Shown: positions 14,975 through 27,435, counted from the first letter of the stretch. The stretch: DNA of 64,000 bases from Dictyostelium discoideum (GCA_000004695.1 CM000152.2:2048001-2112000); one strand, 5' to 3'. Notes: generated from the sequence alone by a model not told the origin. A program made the numbers and translations.

Positions 14975-17900
14975 ATGACCAAAGGAGGTAAAAAACCAAC
15001 AGCTCATAAAAAGGTTGTATCAACATTTACAATTCAAGAGCCAGAAGAATTCAAAGATAACACTAGAGAATTAAAAGCTGAAGCTGAAAGAGTTAGACAA
15101 GAAGGATTTAGAAAGATTAAAGAAGAGAAATTACAAAAGGAACAAGCTTTAATCAGAGAAAAGCAAGAGGCTGAAGCAAAGAAAAAATTAGAAGAACAAG
15201 AGAAATTAGAACAAGAACAAAAGAAAAAACAACAAGAAGAAGAGGATAAAAAAAGAAAACAACAAGAAGAAGAGGATAAAATAAAACAACAACAATTGAA
15301 AAAAGAGGAAAAAGAAAAAGAAAAAGCTGCTGCTGCCAATCCAAAATCCTCAAAACTTGATAATAAAAAAGAGGTTGAAGAATCTAAAGTTGTTGAAATT
15401 TCAACTCAACCAACTACCACTACCACCACCACCACCAATCAAGTAAACAACAATAGCAATAATAATAATAATAATGATATTTCATCACCATCAACTCAAT
15501 TAAAGAAACAAAATGGTAAAAAAGTAGTAAAAAGAAAACATAGTACTCAATTAAGTGGATTTGAAATTAGTGAACCATCAAGTTTCGATGATGAACAATT
15601 CAAAATCGATAATGAGGATGTTATTAGATTAAGAACAAAATTCATTAAAGTTACAAAACCAAAGAAAAATAAAAAGAACGCAAGTAAATCTGGTTCACCA
15701 GCAATCATTTCATCAAATACTACTTCAGAATCTGTAACACCACAAAATTTTGCTCAAGAAAATTCTCCACCAACTACAACTCCAGCCACAACTCAAACTC
15801 AAGTAACTGAAAAACCAAAACAACAAGAAGAAGAAAAAGAGGAAGGAGAAAAAGAAGAACCAAAACCAGTTGTTCCAGAAATTAAAAAAATTGGAATTAA
15901 ATCATCACCAAAAGCTGAACAAAAACCACATTATACTATTCCAAAAAAGAATAAACAACAACAACAACCACCAAAACCAACAACCAATGAAGCTAAACCA
16001 GCTGGTGAAACTAAAAAATCAACTGGTAAAAAATCACCAAAACAATCAATAACTAAAAATAAATCTGCTACTTTCACAATTATTGAACCATCATTTGGTA
16101 TTCAAGCTCCCTCATCAAATACTACAACCGCTACTCCAGTTGAAGATTCATCTTCAAAAACTGTTGATTCAACTACTACAACAACCACAACAACCTCTAC
16201 TGCAACCAAAACACCAGCTAAACCAACTCCAACTCAATCTAAAAAGAAACAAAATAAAAAGAAACCATCAACTACAAATAAATCAGATGATGATATTGAG
16301 GGACTTTTAAAACAAATTAATGATCCAAAACAAAGAAAAGTCAAACAACCAACCACTACCGCCACTCCAGTAGTTTCCAAAGAAGATGAAGCTAAAAAAC
16401 AAAAAGCTGCACAAGAATCTGCTGAGAAAAAGAAATTGACTGATCAAAACAAAAAGGAAGCTCAAGAACAAGAAAAGTTAAGAGTTGCTGAAGCTAAAAA
16501 AGTTGCTGATGCAAAAAAAGCTGCCGATGCTGAGGAATCAAAGAAAGCTGCCGATGCCAAGAAAGCTGCTGATGCAGAAGCAAAGAAAGCTGCAGAAGCA
16601 AAGAAAGCTGCTGATGCAGAAGCAAAGAAAGCTGCTGATGCCAAGAAAGCTGCTGCTGATGAAGAAGAAGCAAAGAAAGCTGCTGATGCCAAAAAAGCTG
16701 CCGATGCCAAGAAGGCTGCTGATGAGGAAGAAGCAAAGAAAGCTGCTGATGCCAAGAAAGTTGCTGATGCAGAAGCAAAGAAAGCTGCTGATGCTAAGAA
16801 AGCTGCTGATGAAGAAGAAGCAAAGAAAGCTGCTGATGCAAAGAAAGCTGCTGAAGAAGAAGAAGCAAAGAAAGCTGCTGATATCAAGAAAGCTGCAGAA
16901 GATGCCAAAAAAGCAGAAGATGCCAAAAAAGCAGAAGATGCCAAAAAAGCAGAGGAGGATAGATTAGAAGCAGAGGCAGAAAAGAAAAGATTAGCAGAAG
17001 AACAAGCAAAGAAAGAGGCAGATGCAAAGAAAGCAGAGGAGGATAGATTAGCAGCCGAAGCAGAAAAGAAAAGATTAGAAGGGGAACAAGCAAAGAGAGC
17101 AGAAGAAGATAGATTAGCAGCTGAAGCAGAAAAGAAAAGATTAGCAGATGAAGCAGAAAAGAAAAGATTAGCAGATGAAGCAGAAAAGAAAGAGGCTGAA
17201 GGAAAGAAAGCAGAAGAAGATAGATTAGCAGCTGAAGCAGAAAAGAAAAGATTAGCAGATGAAGAGGCAGAAAAGAAAGCAGCAGAATCAAAGAAATTAG
17301 CTGAAGAAGAAGAAAAGAAAGCAGTAGAGGCCAAAAGATTAGCAGATGAAGAAGAAGAAAAGAGAGCAGCAGAATCAAAGAAATTAGCTGATGAAGAACA
17401 AGCAAAGAAAGCAGCACAAGAAGAAGAAGAGAAAAAGAAATTAGAAGAAGAAGAAGAAAAGAAGAAAGCTGCTTCTGAGCAAGCTGAACAAAAACAAGTT
17501 GCTGAAGATTCTGATAAAAAGAAAGCAGACGAAGCAGAAATTCGTCCATTATCTCATCCAACCCTTTCAAGACCATCTAAAAAATCATCATCGTCATTAA
17601 AGTTAAATAGAGTTGAAACTGAATCAGAGGTCGAAGCATCAAAATCTGAAGAAACCAAAGAAGAGGAAAAACCAGAACCAGAAGAGGAAAAACCAAAAGT
17701 AGAATATAAACCTGATTTTAAACCAGTTGGAGGTATTGATATTTTTGGTGGTGCCAAAATCAATCCAGCCGAAGTTGTTTTAAAGAAAACTACCTCTTCA
17801 AGTAATATCATTGAACATACACCAGCACCAGCACCAGAAGAACAAGGTACATTTAATTTCCGTTCAGTTTTAAAGAATTCAAAATCCAGTGAAAAATTAT

Positions 17901-18277
17901 CCGAATTTGCAAATGGCGGATCTACCACCTCCTCAACAACTACTACACCTTCAACAGGTACTCCAGTTAAACCAACCTTATCAAAATCACCATCTGTTGT
18001 AAATAATAAATCAACCACCTCAATTCCAATTCCAACTTCCTCACCAGTTATTTCCCCAGCTGCTGTTACCTCTATGCCATCAGAAGCTGTTGGAACTTAT
18101 ACTTATGATGAATTAAAGAATTTCAAAACCAATGGTATCAATGTTGATCCAAGTAAATTAGAAATCTATTTAAGTGATGAAGAATTTACAAAGGTTTTAG
18201 GTATGTCCCGTACTGAATACATTAAATTACCAGCATGGAAACAAAAAAATAAGAAACAAGATGCTAAACTCTTTTAA
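14975..18277 (+). CDS. Large charged repeat protein with a C-terminal villin-headpiece (VHP) domain and no gelsolin repeats.
   Basis: The first ATG is at 14975; the track's 14954 start is a TTG. The C-terminus YTYDELKNFKTNG...LEIYLSDEEFTKVLGMSRTEYIKLPAWKQKNKKQDAKLF matches the villin headpiece consensus (LSDEDF..VFGM.R..F..LP.WKQ..LKK..GLF). The centre holds about 20 tandem AKKAADA-type heptads followed by about 8 AEEDRLAAEAEKKRL-type units (coiled-coil-like), and the N-terminus is basic and K/E-rich. Single exon. Confidence 0.8.
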   Translation: MTKGGKKPTAHKKVVSTFTIQEPEEFKDNTRELKAEAERVRQEGFRKIKEEKLQKEQALIREKQEAEAKKKLEEQEKLEQEQKKKQQEEEDKKRKQQEEEDKIKQQQLKKEEKEKEKAAAANPKSSKLDNKKEVEESKVVEISTQPTTTTTTTTNQVNNNSNNNNNNDISSPSTQLKKQNGKKVVKRKHSTQLSGFEISEPSSFDDEQFKIDNEDVIRLRTKFIKVTKPKKNKKNASKSGSPAIISSNTTSESVTPQNFAQENSPPTTTPATTQTQVTEKPKQQEEEKEEGEKEEPKPVVPEIKKIGIKSSPKAEQKPHYTIPKKNKQQQQPPKPTTNEAKPAGETKKSTGKKSPKQSITKNKSATFTIIEPSFGIQAPSSNTTTATPVEDSSSKTVDSTTTTTTTTSTATKTPAKPTPTQSKKKQNKKKPSTTNKSDDDIEGLLKQINDPKQRKVKQPTTTATPVVSKEDEAKKQKAAQESAEKKKLTDQNKKEAQEQEKLRVAEAKKVADAKKAADAEESKKAADAKKAADAEAKKAAEAKKAADAEAKKAADAKKAAADEEEAKKAADAKKAADAKKAADEEEAKKAADAKKVADAEAKKAADAKKAADEEEAKKAADAKKAAEEEEAKKAADIKKAAEDAKKAEDAKKAEDAKKAEEDRLEAEAEKKRLAEEQAKKEADAKKAEEDRLAAEAEKKRLEGEQAKRAEEDRLAAEAEKKRLADEAEKKRLADEAEKKEAEGKKAEEDRLAAEAEKKRLADEEAEKKAAESKKLAEEEEKKAVEAKRLADEEEEKRAAESKKLADEEQAKKAAQEEEEKKKLEEEEEKKKAASEQAEQKQVAEDSDKKKADEAEIRPLSHPTLSRPSKKSSSSLKLNRVETESEVEASKSEETKEEEKPEPEEEKPKVEYKPDFKPVGGIDIFGGAKINPAEVVLKKTTSSSNIIEHTPAPAPEEQGTFNFRSVLKNSKSSEKLSEFANGGSTTSSTTTTPSTGTPVKPTLSKSPSVVNNKSTTSIPIPTSSPVISPAAVTSMPSEAVGTYTYDELKNFKTNGINVDPSKLEIYLSDEEFTKVLGMSRTEYIKLPAWKQKNKKQDAKLF
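16485..17340 (+). repeat. In-frame coding tandem repeats (21-bp KKAADA(E) units, then 45-bp EEDRLAAEAEKKRLA units) inside the VHP gene.
   Basis: Periodic gctgatgccaagaaagctgct and gaagatagattagcagctgaagcagaaaagaaaagatta units are visible. They generate the spurious antisense ORFs 16462..17334, 16494..16778 and 16884..17576. Confidence 0.9.
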
Positions 18278-18519
18278 ATTAATTGTTTATCAAAAAAAAA
18301 AAAAAACCAAAAAAACCAAATAATAATAATAATAATAATACAAAATAACAATATCTCTTCAATACTATTTATCAAAATTAAAATTATAAATTATAAATTA
18401 TAAATTAAAAATTATAAATTAAAAATTAAAAATTAAAATAAAAATAAATTTAAAAAAAAAAAAAAAAAAAAAAGTTTAAATGAATATTATTATTACCACT
18501 ATTATTTGTTGAATTTATA

Positions 18520-18555
<36 letters not shown>

Positions 18556-18559
<4 letters not shown>

Positions 18560-19352
18560 TTTTTAACAATTTGAATTACATCTTCATCCTCTAAAGCATG
18601 AGAAATACCAACACGTTGAGGACAATGTTTTGCACTAACACCCCAAACAATGCCATATTTAAATTGAGAAACCAATTCCTTATGTAAAAATCTACAAATA
18701 TCCTCCATTGTTGCACCTTCTCTAAGAATGATTGCATCATTAAAATCTGGTGAAGCACCTCTTAATTTTGTGTAAACACGTACTAAATTTAAGTAATCCC
18801 AAATTTTATCTAATAAGAAATCCAAGTTCAAATTCATATTACAACTAATTACAACTGAATTTGGTTGTCTTGATAATCTATCAACATCTTCCATTGACAT
18901 ATGATCCATTTTATTATAAACCTTTAATAAATAAAAAATAAAAAATAAAAAAATTTATTAATTTCATAAATTAAATAATTAAAAAATAATAAATAATAAT
19001 TATAAATAATAATAATAATAATAATATAACTTTAACATACATAAAGACATCTAATATATGAACGTCTACCTTCAATTGCATCAATTAATTCATCAACAGT
19101 TGGATCACAACGTATAACTAAATCACAATTAAAAATTTTATATTCATGTAAAATTGATTTTGCTAACTTCTCTGTGATTTTTGTAAGGGTTTGAGTTGCT
19201 GTTAAATTTACACCACCTGCACTCTTTAATTTAAAATATATATTTGGTGGTTGTGAATTTAAACGAATACCAATTGATTCTAACTCTTCTTGTAATAATC
19301 TTTTTTGAATTTCACCTTTATTTGCATCTAACATCATTAAAATTAAATCCTT

Positions 19353-19392
<40 letters not shown>

Positions 19393-19929
19393 TTAATAAT
19401 TTATTATAGATTTATTTTACTATTTTATTTTTATTTTTTAACTTTAGATATATATACATATATATATGTATATATAATTTTTTTTTTTATTTTTTATAAA
19501 AATACTTACAGCAGTTCTTGCAACAGCAATAACTTGTCTACCTCTACCTCTACCTTGAGAAGCACCTTCAATAATACCTGGAGTATCTAATAATTGAATT
19601 CTTGCACCTTTATGTTGAATTACACCAGGAATACAAGTAAGTGTAGTGAATTCATAGGCTGCAGCCAATGATTTTGTCTCTGTAAGTTTAGTTAAGATTG
19701 TACTTTTACCAACTGATGGGAAACCAATTAAAGCAACTCTAGCATCACCTGATTTTAATACTTCAAAACCATCACCACCTTTACCAGATGATTTTGGTGG
19801 ATCTAAAAGTTGTTGTCTTAAACGTGCTAACTTTGCTTTAAGTAAACCTAAATGATACTCTGTTGCTTTATTCTTTTGTGTACGAGACATTTCTGCCTCA
19901 ATATCTTTAATTTTTTCTAAAATACCCAT
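18556..19929 (-). CDS. drg2: Developmentally regulated GTP-binding protein 2 (DRG2; Obg-family GTPase with TGS domain). Structure is complement(join(18556..18921,19041..19349,19510..19929)).
   Basis: Exon 1 ([35 protein letters not shown]...GFPSVGKST...DTPGIIEGA...[10 protein letters not shown]) is near-identical to the human DRG2 N-terminus. GTAAGT and GTATGT donors and AAG/AAAG acceptors give in-frame junctions: ...ARTA|DLILMMLDA... and ...CLY|[16 protein letters not shown].... The C-terminal TGS region is ([35 protein letters not shown]). The total of 364 aa equals the human DRG2 length. Confidence 0.9.
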
Positions 19930-20741
19930 TTTTTTTTTTATTTATTTATTATTAATAATAATAATATTTATATATATATTTACAAAATAAAAAAAAAAAA
20001 GAAAAAAAAAATTAAAAGTAAAACAAAAACGCGAGAAAAAGGAAATTAAAAATAAAAAAAAAAACTTTAAAAAAAAGTGAAAATTATTGATGAATTTTTT
20101 TTTTTTTTTTTTTTTTGTGAATATAAAATTTCAATCCCACCACTGTCTAAAAATTATCATCCCAAACCAATGCATAATGAATCTAAATTATTTTGAAGTC
20201 CTGCATTGAATTACCAAAATAATAGTACTTTAGAAATATCTTAAATTTCTAACTTTGTATCAATATAATCCTCTTTTATTCATCAAAAACAAATAATAAT
20301 TGCCCACAATGACTTAGTTTCACAACCAATTTTTTTTCGTTGTTTTTTTTTTCGTTGTTTTTTTTTTTTTTTGGAAAATGTGGTTAACCTTTTTTGGGAA
20401 AAAAATAAAAACAAAAGACAAACCCAAATAAACTTTTTATTTTTTTTTACTTTCTTTTAAAGTTAATGCTATATGAAAATAACAAAAAGTAATACAAATT
20501 TCAAAAATTTCCTGATCTTGTTTGAATTACAAACTTTATTCAGTGATATCATTAAAATTTTTACCAAGACTTGAAATATTAAACTAAAAAAAAAAATAAA
20601 AAAAAGAAAGTGATCACAAAATTAATAATAAATAATTTTAAAATTTACTCTTGTAATTTTAATGGGAATAAACAAACACCAAGACCATTTTTGTACTGGA
20701 TAATAAACCTATATGTTCTAATTAAATTTCAAAGTAAAATT

Positions 20742-20779
<38 letters not shown>

Positions 20780-21006
20780 AATGACCAAAGATCAAGTTTA
20801 AATCATAAATTATTACACAAACACACAAACCAAATGGAAAAAATAAAAATAATGAATTTTTATTATTTGTTTTTTTATTTTGTTTTTAGTAAACTATTTA
20901 TTAACAGTGTCTTTTATTGATAAAAATAGTTAATACTTGACACAATATTATTTGTTGAATATCGTTTATTATTTCCACAAAAAAAAAAAAAAAAAAAAAA
21001 AATAAT

Positions 21007-22390
21007 TTAATTATTTACATCCGAGTTTAAACTTTTGATTAAACTGTCACTAAAAAGATCCCATTCTTTACCTGATTTTAAATTTTCATTATTTTTATCA
21101 TTATTATTTTTGAAGTTACTACTACTACTACTAATACAACTACTATCGTTATTATTATTATTTTTATTATTATTGATAGTGCTATTCTGATTTTTTAATA
21201 AACCTTCATCTTCATTGTCAATATTATTTTCTAAATCTCCGACATTATTATTATTTTTGTTATTATTATTTTTATTATTATTATTATTATTATTATTGTT
21301 ATTATTACTACTATTTTCATTATTTAATAAACTTTCAACACCTTCATTATCAATATTAACTTCTAAATCATTTATATTAGTTTTGTTATTTCTTTTATTA
21401 TTATTACTGTTATTATTATTTGAACTACGTAAAGTCTTTTTCTTATAGAAAAAGAAACAAATTAATAAAATTAAAATTGAACAACCAAAAACTGATAAAG
21501 AAATGATTATTATTTTCCAAGGTTTCATATTTGAATGTAGTGTAAAACTAACGATGTTGGTATTATTATTACCCCAAACCATTGCTTCAACAGATATCTT
21601 TCCAAAAAATCTTGGTACTACTAATACACTAACTAATCCATCAGCATCTGTTATATTTCTAATTGAAGTCATATAACTTGGATAGAAATATGCATTACCT
21701 GAAGTAATTGAAAATCCAATTATTACACCACCAATTGGTTCATCATCATCATTAACACTATCATCATCATTATTATTACCATAAATTTCTTTAGTTTTAT
21801 TTAATCTATTATTATTTTTATTATTATAATTTGTTGAATTACCATTAATCGACAGAGTTGCATTTTTATTAGTTTTGAGTGATAAAACTAAAGGATGTCT
21901 AAATTGATTTTCTTCAGTTGCTTTTTGAAAATTACCATTTACAATTGAAAGTTTTAATGGTGAATTATCACTATTCGAGGTTTTACAATTTTCAATTTTA
22001 GCAAAACCAATTCTTGAATTACCACGATCATAAATTACATTATAACCTTGTAACACAACATCACCAATCAACACTGAAATCTCTTTCATATGTGAAATAC
22101 CAAAACAATGTAAATTATTAATCTTTAAAAAGTATAATGATGGTGGTATAGCCAATTTAAAACTACCACTAGCACCACTTCCATCCAACTCTAAATAGAT
22201 TGTAGGATAAAGTTCAACTGATTCTTCTGATAAATAATGACAATTACCTTCCCAAAATTTATCTTCTCCTATACCTGGTAATTTTGAATAACTTTGTTCT
22301 AAATTTTTTATAATACTATAAAATATTTCATCATTAAAATATAATAATGTTGTACCACTATCAACTATATTAAGTAAATTGTTAGTAACA

Positions 22391-22426
<36 letters not shown>

Positions 22427-23742
22427 TTTTTAAAAATTTTAAAAATATATTTACCAATTGAAGATATGAAATCATTTGGAGTGAATTTTAATGATTCATT
22501 TTCAACATAAATATTTAAAACATGAATTGAATAATAATGAAAATCAATGATTGGTGTATATTTTGGAGTTTCAATATTGACTCTTTCATTAATACCACCA
22601 ATTGTTAATATACCACCATCTTTACCTAAACACATTGAAAATACATTTGGTATACCATATGAACTAACAATTTTTGAAAATATATCATCACCATTACTAA
22701 ATTTTTTTTAAAAAAAAAAAAAAAAATAATTGATATTAATAATTTAGTTTTTTTATATTATTTTATAAAATTTTAATACAAACTATGGATCTAATTCTTG
22801 AAATGATAAACCTAAAATACCATCTCTAACAGCTTGAGATCTTGCATTTGAAGGACAAGTTAATTGTGAAAATGAGAGTGATTCCTTTTGAATATTACCA
22901 AATTTAGCAGGTACAGTAAATTGACCAATAGTGACATTATCAATAACTAAAGAACCCGCTATGAAACTACCATCACCATATTTTAACATGAATGGGCAAT
23001 TATCGTGATTTTTATTTTGACAACTATTGTTACAAACCGATGCTGAACAATTTAGAGCTATACCTGATACACTATCATCGAAATTATAAAGTCCATCTAA
23101 ATTACCATCGGAACAACTACAAGAGGTTTTAATGGTTTGAGATTTATAAAGATAACAATTTAAACCTGGTACTGCTAATGATGTACTACCAGTATCAACT
23201 TGAACTGTAAACATTTGAGGTGGTGTTCCAACTAATATTGGTATAAAATATTCAAATGATGATGTTATACCTCCATATAATATTGATGATGATGAAATTG
23301 ATTCTTTAAAAAGATATGAATTATTATTTTTATAATCATAATCACTTTTTAATTTTAAATGATTATATATTTTTTTTTTATTATTATTATTATTACTATT
23401 ACTACTACTATTACTACTACTACCACTACCACTACTACTACTATTGTTATTATCATTAATTTGTAATTTACTATTATTTATTAAATTATTATTATTATTA
23501 TTATTATTATTATTTTGAATGTTTAAATATTCATTTTTATTATTATAATTTTTATTTATTAAAGTATGAATATGTTGATGAGAGAATATTTTGTTATTTA
23601 TTGGACTACTTATTATTAATTCATTTGTTTCTGGGTGATATAGATTTATATGTTTATTTCTTCTAATTATTTCTATTGAGTTTGATAATGTGGAATGAGG
23701 AAAAAGTGAACAAATTAAAAACAATACTACTATTATTTTCAT
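21007..23742 (-). CDS. Pepsin-like (A1) aspartic protease with a signal peptide, a C-terminal transmembrane anchor and an N/K-rich cytoplasmic tail. Approximate structure is complement(join(21007..22364,22455..22696,22785..23742)).
   Basis: The signal peptide is MKIIVVLFLICSLFPHSTLS. The first catalytic motif is VQVDTGSTSLAVP, with flap-like YGDGS. The protein contiguity SFQELDP[Y]SNGDDIFSK...FSMCLGKDGGILTIGG implies an 87-bp intron, apparently with a weak GTTTGT donor. A second intron (GTAAAT...ATATAG, 22365..22454) restores the second catalytic motif ISSIVDSGTTLLY. After the protease fold there is a long Asn-rich spacer, a hydrophobic TM segment IIIISLSVFGCSILILLICFFFY, then a poly-N/K tail. 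Confidence 0.8.
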
Positions 23743-25716
23743 TTTATCATATAATTTACTATAAATTTGATTACTGATATTATCATTTAAATTCTATAAT
23801 ACTATTTATTATTGGTTTGTTGAAATAAAAAAAAAAATAAAAAAAAAAAAAAAAAAAAAAAAAAATTAAAATAAAACTTCTATCTATTGAATTTGAAATT
23901 TAAAAAATACTCTTTTTTTTTAAATTTATTTAAAGTGATAATAATTGGTGTTCTTTTTATTTTTTTTTTACTTTTTTAATTTAAAAAAATAAAAAAAATA
24001 AAAAAAAATAAAAAAAAAATAACTACCACCTCAGTGCAAAAAAAAAAAAAAAAAAAAAAAAAAATGAATGAAAAAAAAAAAAAAAAAAAAAAATTCAAAT
24101 TTGGGAATCTGGAAAAATAATATTGAATTTATTATTTTATTAGTCGTTTAAATAGAGAGAAATTGTAAAATGGAAAAAAAAACAAAATTCATTTGATTTC
24201 TCTTGATAATATTACAAAAAAAAAAATTAACATTGTATATTATAATATTATTTTAATAATATAAAAAAAAAAAAAAAAAACAACTAGAAAAAATAAAGTT
24301 AAATTGATTATTTTTTTTGATATGATCTAAAAATAGTATTTTTATTTATTTTTTTTATTTTATATTTATTTTATTTTTTTAATTTTATTTTTTTTTTTTT
24401 TTTTTTCAAATTATATTTTGTATCAATAAGAAAAAAAAAATTTTAAGATAATATGACCTTTCATACCCAGATCGTTGAAAAAAATTGAAAAAAAATATAA
24501 AAAAAAATAAAAAAAAAGGTGTTCCACTATTGTTTGATCCAAAATTATTGTTTTTTGTTGTTGCACTTTCTTTGATTAACTACAAAAACAACACTAACAC
24601 ACAAACAATTAAATAAACACAATTATATCAATATAAAATAGAAAAAAAGGAATAACCTATTCGTTGAATAAAAAAAATAATTTTCAAATAAATTTTCTTT
24701 TTTTTTTTATTCAAACTCTCTACCTCAAAACACACACCAAAAACACTATTTTAATATAATTTTTATCATTAATTAATGTTGGTGTCGTTTCATTGAGTGA
24801 GTGTGCTAAGTGTGAATAGAAAAAAAAAAAAAAAAAGTAAACTTGTGTGGGTAATTTATTTATTGCAATATGGCAGTGTTGTCTGTATTATTGATAGTTG
24901 AATTTATAAAAACTCATTGACAAACACACTCACATTCAACACGCTCATATGCTGTGAGAAAAAAAAAAAAATAAAAACAAAAAATTATAAATGAATAAAA
25001 AAAAAAAAATTTTGTATTAGAAATTAAAAAAAAAAAAATAAACACACTCACATTTATCTCGAGTAATGTGATTATTTTTCTCAATTCAAAAAAATATAAA
25101 TAATAAAACAATAAATTATAAATAGCCTTTTAATTATTTATTTAAAATTTTCACACTTAGTATGTACCAAATTAAAAAAACATTAATAAAAAAAAAAAAA
25201 AAAATATAAATTAAAAAAAAAAAAAAAGTGGAAAATAAAAAAAAAAAAAAAAAATCCAATGAAAGTTGAAAAGACAGTAACAATTAATTAAAAATAGCAT
25301 CATTAATGTCACATGCTATTTTTATTATCTATAAAAGGTTACCAAATCTTGTTTTTTTTTTTTTTTTTATGATACAAAATTATATTTATAATTAATTTTT
25401 AGATGAATAATGCCCATAAACAATAAACATTATTTTTTATATCATTATCAATAAAATTGGTATATGATGTGTGTGTTTCACAGTGTGTCTTTTTAGTGTT
25501 ATTATTTATTGTTGTTGCTGTTGTTGTTAATATAATAGTTTGCATGTTTTTTTTTTTTTTTTTCCAAATTTCTATTTTGTTCCTTTTTTTTTTTTTTTTT
25601 TCGACAAACACATCTTTTACAAGCAATAAAACTCAATACTACCCCCTTTTTTGAAATTATTATTGTTTATTTATTTATTTATTATTTTTTTTCTTTTTTT
25701 TTTTTTTTTTATTTAA

Positions 25717-25748
<32 letters not shown>

Positions 25749-26775
25749 GCAATTTAATTATTTTATTTTTATTTTTTGATTGTTTACACAATTATAATTA
25801 AATAAATAAATAAATAATAATAATAGTAAGAAAATATTTTAAATCTGTTAAATCATCATTTTAAATTAATTAATTAATTTCATTGGGAATAAACACCATT
25901 TTTATTCAAATAATTTTTTAAATAATAAATAATAAAAAAAAAACGCAAATAATAATATTCGTACCTTTTGGAAATAAAAATAAAAAAAATAAAAATAAAA
26001 ATAAAAATAAATTAAAATAAAAATAACCCAAAAATAAATAAATATTACCAAATTTTATTTTTTTTACATTTTGTTCATTCAAATTTAAATAGACACTTCC
26101 AAAAATAAACAACAACAACTAAAAATAATATCAAATAATAAATATAATTTTCAGAAAAAAAAAAAAAAAAAAAAAAAAAAGGAAATTCAAATTAAATATA
26201 AAAAAAAAATACTCTCTTTTTTATTAGCAATTAATTAATTTTTTTTTTTTTCATAGTGGAAAATATTCCAAAAAATATTTGTCTCAATACTTATTAAAAG
26301 GGTTTTTATTATATCTTTTTTTTTTTAAAAATTCTTAAATGGATTATACAAAAATATTTTTAATAATATTTATTTTTATCATATTTTTAATTTTATTAAT
26401 TTTAAATTTGAAGTAAGTGAAGTTTTATTATAAAAAAAAAAACAAAATAAAAATAAAAATAAAAATAAAAATTATTTAAATTACAAAATTTTATTTTTGG
26501 AAAATTTACTAATTTTTTTTTTTTTTTTTCCTAAACAATTTTTATTTTTTTTATTTTTTTTTTTTTTATCACCTTTTACCAAAATTATTTTTATTCCAAT
26601 TATTTTTTTTATTTTTATTTTTATTTTTTAATTATAATATATTGAAATTAATTAAAAAAATATATTTAGATATTTAATTACTTTAAAAAGTAATTTTAAA
26701 CATAGAGTAGCATGGAGAAATTGTAAAAAATTAAAAATTTCAATTCCAATTGAAAAAAGAAAAGATATTAAAGAA

Positions 26776-27435
26776 TTGGAAAAATTATTGGAAAAAAAGT
26801 TAAAAAAAGTTTTAGAAAAAATTCATTCTGGATCAATTTTATTAATTCAAAATAATTCAGATCCAGTTTCAATTTTTATGAGATTAGGTATAACTGGAAG
26901 ATTCTCACATAGTGCAATAATTTTAAAACCCAACTTTTTCAAAGAATCTCATATTGATAGTGAAACTCCATTACTTTGGCAAGCAGCTGGTGAAAAAATA
27001 TGTTCTAGAAATAGTGGACCTGACGTTCACTCCCTTTGTGAATTTCTATCAGTTTATATGACCCTCTACCCAAATTGTAGATACGCCATTAGAAATCTTT
27101 CGAATCCATTAAACGTTGACCAATCATTAAGTTTAGAAGATTTTATCTTAACGACCATTAAACAAAAGAAATTGGTTTTCGTTTCAAATTTCGAAATGTT
27201 TTGGTGTTTTTACACAGAAACTTTATTTAGATTCCTATTGCCATTAGATCCATATATGAATATTTCAAAAAAAAGTGACCTAACTTTTTGTAGTAAATTA
27301 ATTACTGAAACTTATCAATATATTGGTTTAGTTGATAAAAATGTCAATAGTTTTGCAACAACTCCAAATTATTTCAGTTTTCCAAATAGTAATAATATTT
27401 TAATTGATGAAACTGAAATAATTTTCACTCCATAA
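26776..27435 (+). CDS. Hypothetical protein, possibly a permuted papain-fold (LRAT/NlpC-P60-like) enzyme.
   Basis: This is a 219-aa single ORF with Dictyostelium-like codon usage. It has a His-containing motif GITGRFSHSAIILKP early and a Cys-containing motif DLTFCSKLITETYQYIGLV late. That His-then-Cys order resembles the LRAT/PLAAT family (HWAIYVG ... NCEHFV). There is no database confirmation. Confidence 0.55.
   Translation: MEKLLEKKLKKVLEKIHSGSILLIQNNSDPVSIFMRLGITGRFSHSAIILKPNFFKESHIDSETPLLWQAAGEKICSRNSGPDVHSLCEFLSVYMTLYPNCRYAIRNLSNPLNVDQSLSLEDFILTTIKQKKLVFVSNFEMFWCFYTETLFRFLLPLDPYMNISKKSDLTFCSKLITETYQYIGLVDKNVNSFATTPNYFSFPNSNNILIDETEIIFTP

Noticed and set aside
16462-17576. Minus-strand ORFs of 290 aa, 230 aa and 94 aa, and a plus-strand 160-aa ORF (16485..16967), inside the villin-headpiece gene
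   Set aside because: They are reading-frame artefacts of the KKAADA/EEDRLAAEAEKK tandem repeats. They are Ser/Ala/Phe/Leu-only low-complexity translations with no start context, fully overlapped by the genuine plus-strand CDS.
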